Origin: Azolla caroliniana
Taxonomy: Eukaryota; Plantae; Polypodiophyta
DNA length: 64,000 nt
Assembly: GCA_043228905.1 (NCBI GenBank)
Contig: JBHGNT010000010.1
Coordinates: forward strand, 3,906,001-3,970,000
Direction of reading: 5' to 3'
Positions 59,551 to 64,000 of this stretch are shown here, piece after piece. Numbering within the stretch: position 1 is the stretch's first letter; each line of letters begins with the position of its first letter. The position numbers were made by a program, and so were the translations under genes. The notes below the pieces were generated by a model. The model was not told the origin of the DNA, did no database searches, and worked only from the letters and a program-made list of their open reading frames with translations.

Positions 59551-61901
59551 TGGAGTGGCGACTTATTTTTCACATATTTCAGTTGGAAATGGCCACTAAT
59601 CCAAGTTATATTTGTTTACGAAAAAAGGCACATTAAGATCTATTCAAAATGTCAAGAGAGATAATAAAATGTTGTTGGTTCCTTGATGACTATTATGCAT
59701 CATCGAGTTATTTAGTGTAACATAGACGCTTTTATACCCTTTGTACTTTACAACCTCGACAACTTTGCATGGATTTGTCAGATTCACTAATTTATAACAT
59801 ACCAACATATAGAACAACTATTCAATTATTCGTGAATTTGTAAGCACATGCCGAGAGCATCCTAACTAATACAAATGAATGCTTCAAATAATAAGTAAGA
59901 AACTTCTTCCATATACTACCTACCCGTTGGACTTCACCCACGACCACAACGTTTAGTACGATCCTTTTATCAATCCAATAAAAGTAAATGATACGACCAT
60001 GGTATGGTAAGTTCATCACATACCACGCAACATCAAATAAATTTCTAACAAAATATAACAATGAAGAAAAATAATCGACCAACCAATCCAAACATTTTCA
60101 TACCAATATCGTTCATGTAGCATGAAAAAATAAAAATGACTTAAAACCAGGGAACATGCTTTGACAATGTGTCAAAGCATGTTCTTTGAGCATCCTATCA
60201 AGCACACACATCCTCGACACTTCAAGCTAACTAGCTGTTAGTGATAGATTTTTCAACTTAAACACGTTAATATGATGTGTAACACTACTTTCTAGATTTA
60301 TGGATATGAGTTCAAATATTGAATAGTGGTCCAACATAAAGAGTTTAGCTTTTTGCTCCTAAAAATATGGGACGTGAGACTTTCCACACCCCAAGATATG
60401 TTGTAAGGCGATAAAGAAAATTTCCATGATTCTATCATAAACAAACATGTATGCCAAAGGGACAAAGAGATGCCTACGTGGTTGGTGATCTTCAACTCTA
60501 CATGGCAATTGTTTGGAGGTAGTTATCGATCCACGCCAATTTGAAGACGTGGTTGGCAATGTTTAATACACAATTCTATATATCTAGTTACTCGTACAAG
60601 GAGGAATTGCTATCAATGAACGGAAAAGGTAGGTTGTATACGATAAAAGAGCAATCAATGAACAAATGTAGTCCACAAGTTGAAGATGGCTCCACTACCT
60701 AGGAGACCCAAACTCTTACTCTCTGGAGGTAAAGTAATGTCCTTTAGATGTTTGGAAGTGGTCCCAATTTTTAATACTAGAAATACTTTTCTTGTTTCTG
60801 TTTGATGAAACATGCGCTTGACATGTACATGTAGGCATGCCATATTTTTTTATAAAAACAATCAATGAAGAGAATCTCATTCACGAGATACATGTTTTTT
60901 GTATTTAAAAGGCAAAATGAAAACTGGAATCCACTCTTGCGCTCTAACTTTTTGACTTGAACAAAACTAAATTAATCTAGATCTAACACTAGAATACACT
61001 TAAATGAACGACTTCCATTTTGATTTGGACAATTAAATATACAAATTGCAATTCATTAAGGGAAAGACAATACAAACATATAATGAGGAACAAAGGTTGT
61101 GCAATTCTCTTGGGGTTTGTTGGGTTTTCCTTAGCTATGTTAAAAAATGAGCTCAGGAGAGCTAGTTATTGCAAACATTTGGAGGCATGCATTCATCAAT
61201 CTCTTATGCAAATTGATAATGGTTGTATTTAGATGCATCTTCAATTGGACACGAGATTTCAATTATAGAGCGAACATACACACTACCATGCAACAAGCAA
61301 TTCCAATAGGTTCCACTTATCATAGCTCAAATTTCACACAACGAAATCGTTCAAATGATATTGTAATTTGGCACAGAAAGAAAGAAAGAAATAGAGGTGG
61401 CGGCTCATTATATTGAGGGTTAGTCAAATTGCACGGTATTGATTTTTGGCATCAATAACTATATTTACTTCTTCGAAACGACAAGGCTTTTTTACAAAAG
61501 AAGTTACTGGTAGAAAATCGATCTTTAAGAATGTTACTCGGATCTTCTAGGGTTGGAATTTCATTCACACACGAGCGGGAGACCAAATTTCGTACTTATA
61601 TTTATATGTCATCAATGCACGAAATCGTACAGAATGGAAAGACGATACAAAGGGATTGAAGAAAAGAAACAATGGGCGGGCAGGCAGAGAGAATCGAGCT
61701 TTTCGTCGGGGAGAGGGGATGGGCGTAAGTTTTGAGTCGTGCATTAGCATGACGAGTTACAGGAGACCTTGGGGGGAGGGGCTTAAGACGGGGAGCAAGA
61801 TGCAATGTAGTGTAGTGGTCGATGGGTAGGTGAGACGTGTGATGAGGGTATGGGGGGGGGGGGGTGTGATGGATGGGCAGGACATTAGGCAGGCGGGCTG
61901 G

Positions 61902-64000
61902 TTAGCATTCGATGGAGCCCGAGGGTGACCAGCCGGAGAGGCAGTCGAGGAGGGGTACGATGAGGCGGCCATCGGAGATAGCGTCGAAGACGATCTCGAA
62001 GTCCTGGCCGGGGGAGCGGGTGCGGGTGCCGGCGAGGAGCTGGGTGCCGACATGGTGGCGGACGAAGTTGTAGAGCGGGAACGAGCGGGAGTCGAGGATC
62101 TTGTTGGGCAGGAGGATGGCAGCGTGGGGGTGGGGGTGTGGGTTCGCGTGGTCGGGAGTAAGGCTGGGTGGCGGTTGGTTTTGTGGGTTTTGTCCGGACA
62201 AGAGGCTGGAGGATGCCTTGTCGTAGGACGCCCGGACATTGACGAGCTCCGCAGGGAGCTGCGACCGTAGCTCTTCTTCGAAGGCCGGGATCCTGGCCAT
62301 GATCGACGTCTTCTCGTTCCTCTCTGTCTCCGATGGGTTCTTCAGCGCGTGCTCCACCATCACCTGCCTCAGCTTCTGCATCAATGGATACGCTAAGCTC
62401 GTCGGATCGTCGGCGTACGTGAACACGTACTCGCTCTCCACAGCCTGCTCACACACACAAGCACAGTTTAAGAACAGAACACATCCAAAAACAGAAGAAA
62501 AGGAGGGAGGCAAATGAAACCCTAACCCTATTCTTGGGAATGAGATCCCATGTCCCAAAAACCCTAATTTCCTTTAAACCTTTCTGTTCCTTCATTTGTG
62601 GTTTCTTCGTTCGTGCTTCAAATTTTTTATTTTTTTAAAAACAAATCCTAACCTGTTTAATCGTGTTCTTCTTGTTTCTCTTTTCTTGCCGTTTTTCTTT
62701 TTGATGTACATTATACACATATGTGTGTGTGTGTGTGTATGATTGTTCCAAACAAAAAGAGAAACCCTAATTTCATTCATTCCCTCATAGGAAGGGAAAC
62801 CACTTATCAGTGGATCAAGTTGCAGTAGATAGCCTTTTTTTAAAAAAAAGAAGTAAATTATTATTTTGCCTTAAAAACTTTAGTTAAAAAAATGTATGGA
62901 GCCTTTATGACTTTACTTTGAGGCCATCCTCTTACACCAAAAGTTTGTCAGACTCTGCAGAATGTGGCCACATGATGAGATCTCATGTGGTGGCAGACAA
63001 TGGATGGCTTTCATAGCCATATATTTACTGTGCTTCCACAGTAATAAAAGTTCTGAAATGACTTTCCACCTAACAACAAAAGGTGTTGGGCACAATGTGT
63101 GCTCATGGTGTCTTCAAGCTGCAAATGTCTTTCTTCTGTATACATATGCCTAAAAAAAAGTGTTTTGCAAAGAGTGTATACATATGTGATGGGGTCCGGC
63201 TTTACCTTTTCCAAGGTCATGTGCTGTATGTGATGGCGAAGGGTTTTCGAGTTTCATTAGAAGTCTCGAGGAACCTTTTCCCAACTTATGTATGAACGAT
63301 TTCCATACATCCTCAGGGTCGGGAAACTTAGAACCTAAACGTTAATGTGAACGAGCTTCTGTGAAGCATTTATTTGGACCTCGGATGGAATTTTGGTCTT
63401 ATGACTCGGGACAAGATGGAGAGAGTGTTTTGTCTTGCCTGACACACCTTGGTGCAGGGGCTCGTTGCAATGGAGCACGAAAATGCATGCAAACCATGCC
63501 CAACTTGTGAAAGCTCAATCATAAGATCGATTCCCTAAAGAGAGTAGAGTAAGCTGGTAGTGACACTCTAGGAATGATACCGAACTAATGTATCTATGTG
63601 AGAGTCTAAAGGATCAAACCAGCTCTGAATATAAAAATGCATTACCATGCAGCCCAACTGAAATTGCAATGCTTGATCAATTTATGAGAGCATTCATTGT
63701 ATGTGCCTAATGTGGTATAAGGAATCCAAACATTGCATGACTATTGTAAGGAGTCTAATACCTGTAATAGATCCTTCTCACAGAACCTCGAAGGAAGTAG
63801 CATGCCATCATCACTAGTTGTGAGTGTCTTCTTGGCCACTTGTGAAACCACTCTCTTCACAGCTGCTTGCAGATTCTCTTCCAAATGTCTCAGATCAATG
63901 GCTTGGCATAGACCCACCAAATAAGTAGCACTCATCAGCTTCAATATTTCGATGGCCTCTGTGGTCTTCCGGGCCGAAATTAGCCCTAACGAATTCACAT
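61902..64000 (-). CDS. PAL: Phenylalanine ammonia-lyase, 3' part (exons >64000-63762 and 62444-61902)
   Basis: [51 protein letters not shown] / [56 protein letters not shown]. Phase-0 GT-AG intron 63761-62445. Confidence 0.96.
62920..63240 (-). pseudogene. Degenerate PPR-like fragment within the PAL intron
   Basis: [24 protein letters not shown] resembles the P/L motif junction M..E.V.PD.ITYV..L and MY.KCGS; frameshifted. Confidence 0.35.

Overview
Land-plant nuclear DNA, most likely a fern (inferred from the PPR style and transposon complement). Three host genes lie on the minus strand. They are a spliced urease (start 11471, 16 exons visible, runs off the left edge), an intronless PLS-class PPR gene with an N-terminal OSB-type PDF motif (53017-55935/56049), and the 3' part of a PAL gene (61902-64000). 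Between urease and the PPR gene is a ~40 kb nest of transposons. The most striking object is a decayed Sola/DUF7869-type DNA transposon. Its DDD transposase (+, from 36608) is divergently paired with a spliced gene encoding a ParB/Srx-like domain fused to a prokaryote-type beta-class DNA amino-methyltransferase (motifs ICGD..IADIPYG, QKP..L..RLI, FSGTGTT..ALEKD; 29888-33913, -). That gene also holds a 1.1-kb fold-back duplication downstream of its own promoter, as in Mu killer, and three phased 23-bp palindromes. Split TSDs, a split Copia LTR and a split transposase show that ~21.9-45.3 kb was inverted between two oppositely oriented solo LTRs. The nest also contains a young pol-less LTR element with a tRNA-Trp PBS and 4-bp TSD, a full-length chromovirus, a probably self-priming Tcn1-like element, two Copia elements and LINE relics. 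All family assignments come from motif recognition by eye; no searches were run.
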